Assembly: GCA_049319825.1 (NCBI GenBank) | Contig: JBMORT010000009.1 | Location: forward strand, 3,349 to 67,348 | Reading direction: 5' to 3' | DNA: 64,000 nucleotides | Source of the DNA: Patescibacteria group bacterium | GTDB lineage: Bacteria; Patescibacteriota; Patescibacteriia; UBA11705; DATKZF01 | Part shown: positions 27,172 through 37,799 of the stretch, one piece after another | How the letters are laid out: the number at the start of each line of letters is the position of its first letter | Numbering within the stretch: position 1 is the first letter of the stretch | Program-made: the position numbers and the translations under genes | The notes under the pieces: model-generated | Seen by the model: only the letters and a program-made list of their open reading frames with translations | Told to the model about the DNA's origin: nothing | The model's database searches: none

Positions 27172-28764
27172 ATGGATAAGAGATTAGCAGATAAAAAATG
27201 GCGTATAAACCATTTATATAAAATTAAAGATAAAGACGGGAAAACAATTCAATTCAAATTGAATCGAGCGCAAAAGGAGTTTTTTGAAAAAAAGCACACG
27301 AAAAATATTATCTTAAAGTCAAGGCAGTTGGGATTTACGACGCTGGAAGCCATAGACATGCTGGATGACGCCTTATTCACAAGGAATTACGACGGATTAT
27401 TGATAGCTCACGAAAAGGAAGAGGCGCTCGATATATTCGACAATAAAATAGATTTTAGCTGGAAAAACTTGCCGGAGCCGATTCAGCGATTATACCAAGT
27501 CGATACTGATCGCGCGAATAAAATCAAGTTTGGTTTTGGGGATAATACTTTCAGCAGTTTATCGGTAAAATTATCCGGTCGTTCTGGGACATATATGCGA
27601 GTCCACATTTCGGAATTTGCTAAGATTTGTAGGAAATATCCCATAAAAGCAAAGGAAATTATAAGCGGAACGTTTCCGTCCGTGCCGATTGACGGCAGAA
27701 TAGACATTGAAAGCACGGCAGAGGGCGAATACGGGGAGTTTTATGAGATGTTTTGGGAAGTATGGAATAGAGGAGAGCCGGAAAACGAATCGGAATATAA
27801 GGCGTTTTTCTTTAATTGGACTTATGATGACGCCGAAATAAACAAAATAATTCATATAATTCCGATTGAAGAAATGGATCAATCGAATAAATTCGCTGAA
27901 ATAAAAGCAAGATATTCATTATCGGATAAACAAATTACATATTATTATCAGAAATGGTTATCGTTAAAAAAAGATTGGAATGTTCTGAAGCAAGAATATC
28001 CCACGACCCCGGAGGAAGCCTTTGTCAGTTCCGGCGGGAAACACTTTGACATAGAGAGTATTGAAAGGCAAAGACAATACATTAAGCAGGGCGAGAAAGT
28101 CGGATATTGGATATTTTTCAAAGAATACCGGCCAAATCATAATTATGGTATTGGATCCGATGTCAGTGAGGGAGTAGGTCAAGACGCAAGCTCGGCCCAA
28201 ATAATTGACTTTTCATTGAAGACGCCGGCAATTGTGGGAGCATATTATAACGATAAAATAGCTCCGGATTTATTCGCCTATGAGCTTAAAATGGGCGGTG
28301 AAAAGTATGGAATGGCGGTTATAGCGGTAGAGAGAAACAATCACGGTTTTGTTACTTTAACCAAACTAAAAGAAATTTATCCCGTTCACAAGATTTTTAA
28401 AGAAGTTGTCCCCGATGTTTTAACTCAAAAACCGACGGATAGGCTGGGCTGGAAAACGACTTTATCAAGCAAACCTAAAATGTTATACGATTTGAAGACT
28501 GCATTGATTGATGACGCAATAGAAATACCTTGCGAGGCGACGATTCATGAATTAAGAACATACCCAAGCGAGGACATTCAAGCATTAAAGGTTAAAGATG
28601 ACGTGGGGAAGCATTGGGACCGAGTAATGGCGCTGGCGATCGCATACCAAATGAAAAATCACATTGATCAATATGAAGATATTGAGGACGAAATAGATTG
28701 GGAGCGTGAAGTGCGGGAGTTCCGTGGTAAAAAAGAGAAAAACATTCATAATAGATTTAGATAA
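27172..28764 (+). CDS. Terminase large subunit
   Basis: 530 aa. N-terminal ATPase with LKSRQLGFTT, a C-terminal nuclease-like half and the packaging-module position. Confidence 0.7.
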   Translation: MDKRLADKKWRINHLYKIKDKDGKTIQFKLNRAQKEFFEKKHTKNIILKSRQLGFTTLEAIDMLDDALFTRNYDGLLIAHEKEEALDIFDNKIDFSWKNLPEPIQRLYQVDTDRANKIKFGFGDNTFSSLSVKLSGRSGTYMRVHISEFAKICRKYPIKAKEIISGTFPSVPIDGRIDIESTAEGEYGEFYEMFWEVWNRGEPENESEYKAFFFNWTYDDAEINKIIHIIPIEEMDQSNKFAEIKARYSLSDKQITYYYQKWLSLKKDWNVLKQEYPTTPEEAFVSSGGKHFDIESIERQRQYIKQGEKVGYWIFFKEYRPNHNYGIGSDVSEGVGQDASSAQIIDFSLKTPAIVGAYYNDKIAPDLFAYELKMGGEKYGMAVIAVERNNHGFVTLTKLKEIYPVHKIFKEVVPDVLTQKPTDRLGWKTTLSSKPKMLYDLKTALIDDAIEIPCEATIHELRTYPSEDIQALKVKDDVGKHWDRVMALAIAYQMKNHIDQYEDIEDEIDWEREVREFRGKKEKNIHNRFR

Positions 28765-28766
28765 TT

Positions 28767-30545
28767 ATGACGCAAGACAATGTTTTTGAGCGAATAAGAA
28801 ATTACGAAAATGATTTTTTGAATAAAAAGGCCAAGATTGTTGGCGGATATTATTTCGATCAGCTTGAGACGATAAAAAGAATCCATTTATATTACGCCTC
28901 GCAGTTTGATAACGGCAACAGCGATGAGTTTGGATATAAATATTTTTATAATGAATCGAAGCCGCGCTGTAAAAACGCCACTAAAAACATAGATTTTGAT
29001 ACAAAGGATATTCAAATTAAGGCGGTAAACGGCGGGCTTGATTATCATAAGGCGATGATAATGAGAACGGATGTCCGGAGGTGGATGCGCCAAAGACAAT
29101 TAGGCAAGGTTATAAACGAATCCGTGATCAAGGTGCCGCGATATGGAACGTTTGTTTTAAAAAAATCAAATTCAAAAAAAATAGTTGAGCCGGTGGATTT
29201 GAGAAATATCAAATGCGATACCACGGCGAACTCATTGCAGGATACTTGGGTAGTAGAAGATCATTATTACACCACCTCGGAATTGCGGAAAATGAAGGAT
29301 ATTTGGAATAGTGAGGCAATAGAGCTCGCGATTAAAAGCTTTATAACGCATAGAAAAGAAAATTATGATGATGGCGAGATAAGCGAGAGTGGAGAAAAAG
29401 GAAACGCGCAATATATTTTGGTTAAAGAGTTTTATGATGATGTCCCCGAAAATTGGGTTGTAGATAATGGAGACAATGAAAAACAGGTTTTGGCGCAGTT
29501 CGTGGTGATTATGCCGGAGGATTCTGAGAAAAAAGGAAGCCAAAATGATAATAAAAAACAAGGATTAACCCTGTTTAAAGAGGTTTTAGAAGACGGAAAA
29601 AAGGATTATAAAGAAGTTCATTATGACAGAATTGACGGCCGCTGGCTTGGATGTGGAATCGTCGAGGATAGTTTTGATGGCCAGATGATGAAAAATGAAT
29701 ATATCAATCAAATAATGTTATCAATTAGATTGTCGAATTTAATTCTTTTTCAGACCGAAGACAAGACTTTGGCTAAAAACATTTTATCTGATTTGATGAA
29801 TGGTGACATTTTAAAAGTGAAAGGAATTATTAACCGAATAGACACAACGAATAGAGGAACGCAGGAAAACACGATATTAAACTCTGAAATAGAAAATTTA
29901 TTAAATAAATTATCAAATTCGTTCGAGGTTACTACCGGTGAAAGCATGCCGTCGGGGACGCCGCTGGGACTTGGTCAAATGCTAAATCAAAACGCGAATA
30001 AATTATTTGATTTTATTCGTGAAGAAATAGGGATGTTTTGGCAAGAAGTTTTTGAAGATTGGATCATGCCGGAAATAGAAAAAGATTTAAATAAAGAACA
30101 TATTTTAGAAATTTTAGATAAGGATCAAATAATTTTACTTAACGAAGCGGTAAAAAAAGACAAAGTTTGGGAAGCTATTAAAAAACGAATATTGCAGGGG
30201 CGCGGCACTCCGACACAAGAAGACATACAAAACGCAATGCAGATTATTGATGATCAATTCGCGACAAAAGACACTATTTATCTTGATTTGCCTAAGGATT
30301 TTTACAATTTCAAAAAGTCCGTTGAATGCTATATAACAGACGAAAGGTATAATAAAATGGAGCGCTCTCAAACGCTGATGACGATATTGCAAACAGTTGG
30401 CGGGAATCCGCAATTACTCGATCATCCGATATTCAAACAATTACTTGATTGGGCTCAGGTGGCCCCGTTTAACATGCCAAAGCAAGGCGCGCCAGAGCCA
30501 AATGTAAATAACGCGCCAATGCCGGCGCCGGCGATGAATAAATAA
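28767..30545 (+). CDS. Putative portal protein
   Basis: 592 aa gene directly after the large terminase. No diagnostic motif. Confidence 0.5.
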   Translation: MTQDNVFERIRNYENDFLNKKAKIVGGYYFDQLETIKRIHLYYASQFDNGNSDEFGYKYFYNESKPRCKNATKNIDFDTKDIQIKAVNGGLDYHKAMIMRTDVRRWMRQRQLGKVINESVIKVPRYGTFVLKKSNSKKIVEPVDLRNIKCDTTANSLQDTWVVEDHYYTTSELRKMKDIWNSEAIELAIKSFITHRKENYDDGEISESGEKGNAQYILVKEFYDDVPENWVVDNGDNEKQVLAQFVVIMPEDSEKKGSQNDNKKQGLTLFKEVLEDGKKDYKEVHYDRIDGRWLGCGIVEDSFDGQMMKNEYINQIMLSIRLSNLILFQTEDKTLAKNILSDLMNGDILKVKGIINRIDTTNRGTQENTILNSEIENLLNKLSNSFEVTTGESMPSGTPLGLGQMLNQNANKLFDFIREEIGMFWQEVFEDWIMPEIEKDLNKEHILEILDKDQIILLNEAVKKDKVWEAIKKRILQGRGTPTQEDIQNAMQIIDDQFATKDTIYLDLPKDFYNFKKSVECYITDERYNKMERSQTLMTILQTVGGNPQLLDHPIFKQLLDWAQVAPFNMPKQGAPEPNVNNAPMPAPAMNK

Positions 30546-30548
30546 AAT

Positions 30549-30779
30549 ATGAATGAGCAATTGGAAAATATAAGTATTGCTGAGTTGGTTAAGGAGAAAT
30601 TGGATAAATACGCAAGAGAGATGCTGTCTAAGTCTTATAATACGGCGGATAACAACGAAATAGCGATCGAAGCGCTGGGCCGACAAAAGGCGTTCGAGAT
30701 AATACAAGATTTAATCAAAGATATTGATATTGAAATTTCGGCAAAAGACAAAAAAAAGATAATGAATCGGTATAGATAA
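30549..30779 (+). CDS. Hypothetical phage protein
   Basis: 76 aa ORF. Confidence 0.35.
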   Translation: MNEQLENISIAELVKEKLDKYAREMLSKSYNTADNNEIAIEALGRQKAFEIIQDLIKDIDIEISAKDKKKIMNRYR

Positions 30780-30867
30780 ATTGACAATCAATAAACAGGG
30801 TTGAAATTCAAGGCGATCAGCTGAGCCTTGAAAGAGATTAGCTCAACCCTGTTCTCTTTCAAAAGCT

Positions 30868-30897
30868 CGGCAGATCACCTTGATCTGCCGTTTTTTT
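30868..30897 (+). terminator. Rho-independent terminator
   Basis: CGGCAGATCACCTTGATCTGCCG followed by TTTTTTT. A second hairpin AACAGGGTTGA...TCAACCCTGTT lies upstream. Confidence 0.8.
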
Positions 30898-30947
30898 ATC
30901 GGCAAATACGAGAAAAAACTCGAATTAAAAATTAAATTGTCAATTTT

Positions 30948-31610
30948 ATGTCTATTGAAGACAAAGATGGTTATCAAGACCATAACGCAAATCTTGATGA
31001 AGACGACACTTCTAAAAACGAAGACAAGCTTGATGAAGAAGAGTTTGAAGATGATGAAGATGAAGAAAAATCAAACGAACCAGATTCAAGCAAAAAAACA
31101 GAGGATAAAACCTCTAAAAAAGACCTTGATGCAAAAACAATTCTCGCGCAGAAAAAAAGGTGGCGCGAGAAAGCTCAAAAACTTGAGCAAGAGTTGGCCG
31201 AATATAGAAAGAAACAAGATGAGAGCGAGAAGGCCGAGGACAAGACTCCGAAAAAAATAAATTCCGAAACAAGATTGCTTCGAATGGAATTGAGACAGAC
31301 GTTTTCCGATAAGCAATTGACCGACGAAGACATTGATAAAGCGGTTGCTTTATCAAAAGTCGAAGGGTCGTCGCCCGAAGACGTCATAAAATCTCCTTTA
31401 TTTGAGGCTTATTTGGAAAAAAGAGCGAAAAAAGAGTTAAGGGAAAAAGCAACGCCCTCGCCGTCAAATCGTGGTGGCCAGGCCAAACATGATTTTTCCG
31501 ATATTACTCCGGAGAAAATTCGCAATATGGACGAAAAGGAGTATGCGGAATATCAAAAATGGCGAAAATCACAGGATTCCGGTGGAAGGTTGCGGTTTAT
31601 TCAAGATTAA
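30948..31610 (+). CDS. Putative scaffolding protein
   Basis: Highly acidic coiled-coil-rich 220 aa protein (DEDDTSKNEDKLDEEEFEDDEDEEK) upstream of the capsid candidate. Confidence 0.45.
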   Translation: MSIEDKDGYQDHNANLDEDDTSKNEDKLDEEEFEDDEDEEKSNEPDSSKKTEDKTSKKDLDAKTILAQKKRWREKAQKLEQELAEYRKKQDESEKAEDKTPKKINSETRLLRMELRQTFSDKQLTDEDIDKAVALSKVEGSSPEDVIKSPLFEAYLEKRAKKELREKATPSPSNRGGQAKHDFSDITPEKIRNMDEKEYAEYQKWRKSQDSGGRLRFIQD

Positions 31611-31629
31611 ATAACTAAACATTTATCGT

Positions 31630-32820
31630 ATGGCGAATAGTTTAACCGCGCTAAATAAAGAGATATGGTCTCGGAACATGCAACTCGTCCGAGAAAAAAC
31701 TCTTTGCGCGATGAGAATTTGTAATTTCGAGTTGCGCAAGGGATTAAGTGATGGAGATAAAGCAAATAAACCTTATAGATCAACACTGAAAGCCGTTGAT
31801 TATACTAAGGGATCGGATGTCACGGCGCAGGATGTTACCGCGACTAACGAATATTTGGATGTCGATCAGGTAAAATGCGTGCCGATTTACGTGGATAACG
31901 TTGATAAGGTCCAGAATAGTTATAAGACGATGGAAGATTTTTCAAAAGACATGCAGGCCGATTTGTCCAGACAAGTCGACGCGAAAGTGTTATCTGAATA
32001 TGATAACGCTACATCTGATGTCGACGATGGCGATATTGGCGGCACGGCATCCAGTTCAGCTGTAATTACTCCATCGAACGTAAACAGATTATTTACTGCG
32101 GCAGGTAAAAAATTAACCAATCAAAATGTGGGTATGGATAGCAGGTTCGCTGTTATCTCTCCGTCAATCCTTGAGATGATCCAGTTATATTTGGGTTCAA
32201 AGGATACTGATTTTGGCGAAAAAGTGGCGATGAATGGTCTTGTCGGCAACAGGTTCGGCTTCGAGGTGTATGTGTCGACTAACTTGACTTATACCGCCAA
32301 ATGGACTCCGGCCGATAATCCCGCTGATACCGCAACGATTACCATTAACGGAGTAACGTTCACCTTCGTTGCAACGATTGGCACGACTCCTGGGAATGTT
32401 TTACAAACCACCAGTTTAGCGGTTACTCTCGATAATTTGGTGGACTTAATCAATAATCCATCTTCGACTACGGCTAATCATGTGGCGTTAAGTCAGGCCA
32501 GTCAGGTTTTGCTGGAAGGATGTGTTGCTACTGATGGAACAACTTACTTGGGTATTGAGTTTGTGGGCGGCGGAGAAGTGGCCGTTACAACATCAGAGGC
32601 TGCGGATGTATGGTCTGTCGAAACTGTCCATTGCTTATTCGGTCAAAAGGGAGCGATTGACTTAGTTTTGCAAAGAGCGCCCGGAATTGGCTTTAACCAA
32701 GAGCCGAAGAGACTGCCGGGTTCTGGTAATTTGATTGCATGGGATTTATACGGGCTGAAAACCTTCGCGGATGGCGCGAAAGGCCTTGTCGATGTCAATG
32801 TTGATAGTTCAGCTTTCTAA
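31630..32820 (+). CDS. Putative major capsid protein
   Basis: 396 aa gene following the scaffold, with an SD-less tight junction. Assigned by position only. Confidence 0.45.
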   Translation: MANSLTALNKEIWSRNMQLVREKTLCAMRICNFELRKGLSDGDKANKPYRSTLKAVDYTKGSDVTAQDVTATNEYLDVDQVKCVPIYVDNVDKVQNSYKTMEDFSKDMQADLSRQVDAKVLSEYDNATSDVDDGDIGGTASSSAVITPSNVNRLFTAAGKKLTNQNVGMDSRFAVISPSILEMIQLYLGSKDTDFGEKVAMNGLVGNRFGFEVYVSTNLTYTAKWTPADNPADTATITINGVTFTFVATIGTTPGNVLQTTSLAVTLDNLVDLINNPSSTTANHVALSQASQVLLEGCVATDGTTYLGIEFVGGGEVAVTTSEAADVWSVETVHCLFGQKGAIDLVLQRAPGIGFNQEPKRLPGSGNLIAWDLYGLKTFADGAKGLVDVNVDSSAF

Positions 32821-32877
32821 GTAATTAAAGAGGGGTAGCTTAACCTACCCCTCTTAAAAATAATTAACATTAATTTT

Positions 32878-33240
32878 ATGGGCAAATACGAATCTAAAGA
32901 GGTTGCTTTCGCGAAGGATTCCGGAATAAGTCAGCAGGTCGTGTCTGGCACGGACTCTTCGCAGGCAATTACTCAGCATTCTCGCGCCGGAAAAATAACA
33001 AGCTCGACGACAAACTTGGGGGCCAAAACGACACAAGACATTACGGTCACGAATAGATACTGTAAATCCGGTTCAATCATTTTATGTTCAGTGTCTGGTG
33101 GCGGCACTGGTGATGTGGTGGTGTCGAGGGTTACTCCATCCGCCGGTTCATTTATTGTCACGATATTAAACGCGGATCCTTCAAACGCGTGCAATGCCGC
33201 TTATGTCGTTCGATATATTATTTTCAACGTGACTGTTTAA
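32878..33240 (+). CDS. Hypothetical virion protein
   Basis: 120 aa, Thr/Ser-rich, beta-like. Confidence 0.35.
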   Translation: MGKYESKEVAFAKDSGISQQVVSGTDSSQAITQHSRAGKITSSTTNLGAKTTQDITVTNRYCKSGSIILCSVSGGGTGDVVVSRVTPSAGSFIVTILNADPSNACNAAYVVRYIIFNVTV

Positions 33241-33401
33241 TTCATAACTTAATATTTATGGCTCCAGAAAAAGAAAAATGGGACGCGCACGAAAAGGCGA
33301 GATTGGCGGCATTGGGCATAGAAGCTAAGACCGACGCCGAGCCAGTATCCGACTCCGAATCGAAGCCGGCCCGAAAAAGAAGGGTTAAGAAATAAAGTTA
33401 A

Positions 33402-33420
33402 GGGGAGGGATCCCCTCCCC
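33402..33420 (+). terminator. Perfect 19-nt palindrome hairpin (terminator-like)
   Basis: GGGGAGGGATCCCCTCCCC then TCTCTAT. Confidence 0.4.
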
Positions 33421-33432
33421 TCTCTATAAAAT

Positions 33433-33759
33433 ATGATTACTCATAAATTACCGAACGCAAGCGCGACTATCATAACCGTTACGGCTACGGCGACCTTGTT
33501 ATATAGCTTGATCGCAACGGCGGCGTCCGCGGCGCATGGATTGCCAAATACACTTGATGAGGCGGAAATAACACCGATTGACGGCGATGTCCGGTTTATG
33601 CTCGACGGCAACACTCCAACCGGAGCAACGGGACAAAAGGTGGTTATTGGCCAGACGATGACCGTGAAGGGTGTTTTGGCGAAAATGAAACTTATTAGAG
33701 ACAGCGGGGAGAGTTCCAACGTAACCGTGGCTGTTCGGGTAGGGTGGCAAGAATATTAA
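33433..33759 (+). CDS. Hypothetical virion protein
   Basis: 108 aa ORF. Confidence 0.35.
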   Translation: MITHKLPNASATIITVTATATLLYSLIATAASAAHGLPNTLDEAEITPIDGDVRFMLDGNTPTGATGQKVVIGQTMTVKGVLAKMKLIRDSGESSNVTVAVRVGWQEY

Positions 33760-33765
33760 AAATCT

Positions 33766-34797
33766 ATGCGAAAAAAATTATTTATTATCTCAATCGTAGC
33801 ATTCATCGTCGTTGTTTCGACGCTGAGCTGGTTAAAATTGACCAACGCTCAAGTTTCTAACCCTATTTTTTGGAAGAGAACGGGAACCACGGTGCAATTA
33901 CTTAAAGACACTTGGAGCTTGCTCGTGAATAACTTGACCGTAGACGGGACGTTCACTTTCAGCGGTGCTGTTTCTGGTGGGAATTTGACCGGCATTCAGA
34001 GGATGTTTGGATCGAGTGACGCAATTTTGGTTGGATATGGCTCAGATAGTCATTCTTTAGCCGCCAGCGATGATTTATATGTTGGTGGAAAATTCGAGGT
34101 CGACGGCGCGTCTTATATCGACGGCGCGATGACTGTTTATACGGCAAACGGGATTGACATTACGCCAGGGTCTGATACGGACACGGATTTACTGACTTTG
34201 AATGTAACGGGAACGCCAAAACTATGGTGGGACGAAAGCGAAGATTATTTAACGACTTCATCGTCTTTCGCCACCGGGCCGATAGTATTGACGACCGACG
34301 CCGGCCTCGTGCCGTTCGTGGATATGTCGATTACGAGCTCCTCGGCAATAAATACGGAGCATAGTATTCTATTTTCATTAGATAATGATTATTTTTTGAA
34401 AGTATACGCTGAATCCGACGGAGCTGGGGGAATACAGAAGCCGTCCATTAGAATGTATAAACCAGTCGCTTATCCAACGACGGGTATAAATAGCTATGCC
34501 ACGGCAGACACGATTACTGCAACGGCAACGAGAATGAGAATAACAAGCTCAGTCGGCAATGTATCTATGACGGCCACGCCCACGATCGCCGACGGCTCGG
34601 TTGACGGCCAGATGTTGATATTGCAAGGGACTGATGACGGGAATGTTTTGACCTTGCAGGACGAAAGCAGTTTGGCAAATTCGGGCTTACAGCTTACAGG
34701 CGGGTCGGATTGCGCCTTGGCGAGCGGAGATATTTTAATGGTTATGTATAATTACGCGACTGATAAATGGTTAGGAATGGTTTGCTCAAATAATTAA
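33766..34797 (+). CDS. Putative tail/fiber structural protein with N-terminal hydrophobic segment
   Basis: 343 aa, Thr/Ser/Gly-rich beta-strand character. Confidence 0.4.
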   Translation: MRKKLFIISIVAFIVVVSTLSWLKLTNAQVSNPIFWKRTGTTVQLLKDTWSLLVNNLTVDGTFTFSGAVSGGNLTGIQRMFGSSDAILVGYGSDSHSLAASDDLYVGGKFEVDGASYIDGAMTVYTANGIDITPGSDTDTDLLTLNVTGTPKLWWDESEDYLTTSSSFATGPIVLTTDAGLVPFVDMSITSSSAINTEHSILFSLDNDYFLKVYAESDGAGGIQKPSIRMYKPVAYPTTGINSYATADTITATATRMRITSSVGNVSMTATPTIADGSVDGQMLILQGTDDGNVLTLQDESSLANSGLQLTGGSDCALASGDILMVMYNYATDKWLGMVCSNN

Positions 34798-34802
34798 AAA
34801 TT

Positions 34803-36149
34803 ATGATGAAACGGTTCAAATTATTATTTATCGTGTTTCTCATAGCGATTACAACGCTTGTCAGTTTTGGATTCGCGGATGCCGCACAACAAAAAATAGC
34901 GTTCAAAAACCTGCTGGTGGACGGGAATATGGAAAAATCTGGCGTGACGGATTGGACTACGGGCGGGTCGCCGACGGTAACCAAGTCGACATCAAATCCA
35001 TTTTCTGGGACACAAGTTTTGCGCGTCGCAATAGGCGGCACGGCGAATCCTTATGTATATCAATCGGTATTAACCAACGGACAAACATATAGAATACAGG
35101 GACGGACACGAGGAGACGCAACGGCTTATCCCGAATTTAGGTCGGCCACTGATTCGATGGTATGGACGGGAACTACAAGCACTACTTGGCAGCCTTTCAA
35201 TTTTACGCATACGGCGACAGGAACTTATATCCGAATGAATACGAGAGGGAATGCTGGCGGTGGGAATTACGTTGAATGGGAAGACGTAACGATAACGCTG
35301 GAAGCGCCTCCCCAGAAAGTCGCGTTCAAAAATCTGTGGGCAGACGGGAATTGCGAGGCCAGCGGAGTTACGGCATGGTATGCGTATCGAGATAACGCCA
35401 GCAAATCAAAACAAACGGCCAATCCATTCAAGGGGACGCAGTCTTTTCGTTCCACTATTCAGGCCGGATGGGTAGACGAAGGTGTGTCTTCTGGTCCCGT
35501 TCTAACCGTTGGTAAAATATACCAAATTAAATATCGCGGACATGGCGACGGGACTATTGGCACGACATTATATCAAGGAACGGGACAGAGTTTACTTGGC
35601 GCGGCATTCTCAAGCTCTACTTCATGGCAAGTTGGGACTACTTATACTTTCACTGCGGCATATACCAGCGTTATGTTTTATATTTCCGGTTCGCCGGGCA
35701 ATTACATCGAGCTGGACGATATAACGTTGACCGAATACACCCCTCCCCAAAAAGTCGCGTTCAAAAACCTGCTGGTGGACGGGAATATGGAAGCCAGCGG
35801 GACGACGGCGTGGACGTCCAGTAGTGGTGCTGTAATAACTAAACAAACAACAAACCCATATTCGGGGACGCAATGTATAAGGATTGCTACTAGTGGATAT
35901 GCCTATAATAGTTTTGCAATAACGGTCGGTCAAACATATAGATTGCAAGGTCGAGCAAGGAGTGATGGGACAAGCACGCCAGTAATTGGTCAAGGTGGGA
36001 ATACTCTGTGGACGGGGACGACTTCGACGGCATGGCAACCGATAAATGTTTCTTTCACCGCAAGTGGACTGACTTCATTTAGGCTGTATGCGAATCCCGG
36101 CGGAGGAACATATAGCGAATACGATGATTTGACATTAACACTCGAATAA
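34803..36149 (+). CDS. Secreted protein with three tandem CBM4/9-like carbohydrate-binding repeats (candidate receptor-binding protein)
   Basis: Signal peptide. Three ~145-aa repeats each start QK(I/V)AFKNL(L/W)(V/A)DGN(M/C)E.SG.T.W and end in GG(G)(N/T)Y.E(W/Y)(E/D)D(V/L)T(I/L)T. Repeats 1 and 3 share more than 30 identical nucleotides. Confidence 0.6.
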   Translation: MMKRFKLLFIVFLIAITTLVSFGFADAAQQKIAFKNLLVDGNMEKSGVTDWTTGGSPTVTKSTSNPFSGTQVLRVAIGGTANPYVYQSVLTNGQTYRIQGRTRGDATAYPEFRSATDSMVWTGTTSTTWQPFNFTHTATGTYIRMNTRGNAGGGNYVEWEDVTITLEAPPQKVAFKNLWADGNCEASGVTAWYAYRDNASKSKQTANPFKGTQSFRSTIQAGWVDEGVSSGPVLTVGKIYQIKYRGHGDGTIGTTLYQGTGQSLLGAAFSSSTSWQVGTTYTFTAAYTSVMFYISGSPGNYIELDDITLTEYTPPQKVAFKNLLVDGNMEASGTTAWTSSSGAVITKQTTNPYSGTQCIRIATSGYAYNSFAITVGQTYRLQGRARSDGTSTPVIGQGGNTLWTGTTSTAWQPINVSFTASGLTSFRLYANPGGGTYSEYDDLTLTLE

Positions 36150-36152
36150 TAT

Positions 36153-36410
36153 ATGGAAAGCAGCATATTAAAAATCTTGGTGGAAGGCGGCTCGATTTGT
36201 GTAATGATAGTTGTGCTTGTCTATTTTCGATATAAAGATGGTTTGGTTCACGAGGAGCGAATGGCTTATAACAAGACGATTAACAATCACCTTGACCACC
36301 AGACCGCGGCGGATATTCAGAGAGCGCAAGCGGATAAAGAGCTGGCTATGGCGATAACGGAATTGAAAGACGCCGTGCAAGGATGCCCGACGAATTACAA
36401 ACACAAGTAG
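36153..36410 (+). CDS. Holin-like small membrane protein
   Basis: 85 aa, single TM GGSICVMIVVLVYF, charged C-terminus. Confidence 0.35.
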   Translation: MESSILKILVEGGSICVMIVVLVYFRYKDGLVHEERMAYNKTINNHLDHQTAADIQRAQADKELAMAITELKDAVQGCPTNYKHK

Positions 36411-36912
36411 AACATTGACATAAAGGAGGTAAACGATGAGATGCGATGACGTGAGGCGGACGCTCAACAACAGCAAAACGCATAAAAGCAGACCATTGCT
36501 ATTATCTTGTTTGATTCATTTGCGAGAGTGTGAATCGTGCGAGAATTGGTGGAAAAACAAAAAAAAGAAACGGCAGACAAAACTGAAAGTGAGCTGGGAA
36601 TGCAGGTAATAACAAAAATTGAGCATTGGTGCTGTAAATGCGACACTCCAAGAGTGTGTTACATATTGCGGCGCAAAGTCTCGGACAAAGAAGTCATCAT
36701 CTATTACTGCTCATATTGCGGTAGTGAAGTCGAAAAAGAAATAATACCTCCTTTACAGGCGGAAGTTAACGCGTGTTAACTTCCTTTTAACAAGTTAACA
36801 AGAAAAATATTCAAATTATTGATTCGATAATTAACGGAATTATTGATTATTGGTAAATAGTTTTGATTTCGACGCTTTTTATCTTCCTATTGATTTATTT
36901 ATTTAAAAAAAT

Positions 36913-37797
36913 ATGAAAACACTTACTTCTGGACAAATAGCCGAAGTCATTAAGGTTATTCGTCCAGTCAAAAAGTCCAAAGTGTCTCAAGGATTCGGCC
37001 CAAGCCCTTATTCAAAACTCCAAGCGTGGTATACAAGCTTTGGTTGGCGCGGACACAATGGAATTGACTTCGTGGATATGAGAGGGACGCCGTGCCAGGC
37101 CACGACGAGTGGAGTGATTACGAAAGTATATTCCACTGAGGGGGCGGGCAATATCGTGGCGCTCGAAACGGACTGGATGCAATACGGCCAAATTACATTC
37201 AAATTGAGATTTTATTATCTTCATCTTTTGAAGGCATTGGTCAAAGCCGGCGATAAGGTGGTCGAGGGGCAAGACATTTGTCAAATGGACAACACCGGGC
37301 ATTACACGACGGGAACTCATCTTCATTTCCATTGCGTGCCGGTTTATCGAGTTGGATATAAAGAAGTTATTGATAGCGCGAACGGATATGACGGAGCGGT
37401 CAATCCTGCGCCGATGTTTAAAGAAGACCATTGGGATAAAATTCCGGTCGAAAGTTTTTACGGAAAAAAAAGGAATTGGATTTTGGAATATACATTTAGA
37501 TTCGCGAATACCCCGCTCGGCACATTATTGACGCCATTTTTGTCGGAAAGAATAAAAGCGGCGCGATTTGTCCATAAAAAGTTGATGTCATTGAATAGAA
37601 TACCGCCATTACTCACTGATCAAGAGACGAACGCTTTGATATATGGGTCATGGGATTTGGAGACAGTATTAGATCCAGCATTATTTATTATGTGGGGCTG
37701 GTATACGAAAAAAGAGGTTATAGATGCGAAAGCAGAAGGTAGAGAGCTTAAAAGTCCACTGTTCGCGGGTGGAGATATAACAAATTTATTACAATAA
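36913..37797 (+). CDS. M23 family metallopeptidase (phage peptidoglycan hydrolase)
   Basis: HxxxD motif GHNGIDF and HxH motif THLHFH. Confidence 0.75.
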   Translation: MKTLTSGQIAEVIKVIRPVKKSKVSQGFGPSPYSKLQAWYTSFGWRGHNGIDFVDMRGTPCQATTSGVITKVYSTEGAGNIVALETDWMQYGQITFKLRFYYLHLLKALVKAGDKVVEGQDICQMDNTGHYTTGTHLHFHCVPVYRVGYKEVIDSANGYDGAVNPAPMFKEDHWDKIPVESFYGKKRNWILEYTFRFANTPLGTLLTPFLSERIKAARFVHKKLMSLNRIPPLLTDQETNALIYGSWDLETVLDPALFIMWGWYTKKEVIDAKAEGRELKSPLFAGGDITNLLQ

Positions 37798-37799
37798 AT

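Noticed and set aside
30880-31260. 126-aa Lys-rich ORF overlapping the scaffold gene in another frame
   Set aside because: It is the frame-shifted shadow of the acidic/AAG-rich scaffold gene. The scaffold frame is longer and has the proper start.
33189-33395. 68-aa ORF as annotated from its first Met
   Set aside because: The 5' part overlaps the previous gene's end and looks non-coding. A shorter product from MAPEKEKW (about 33259) is possible, but it is too small and featureless to call.
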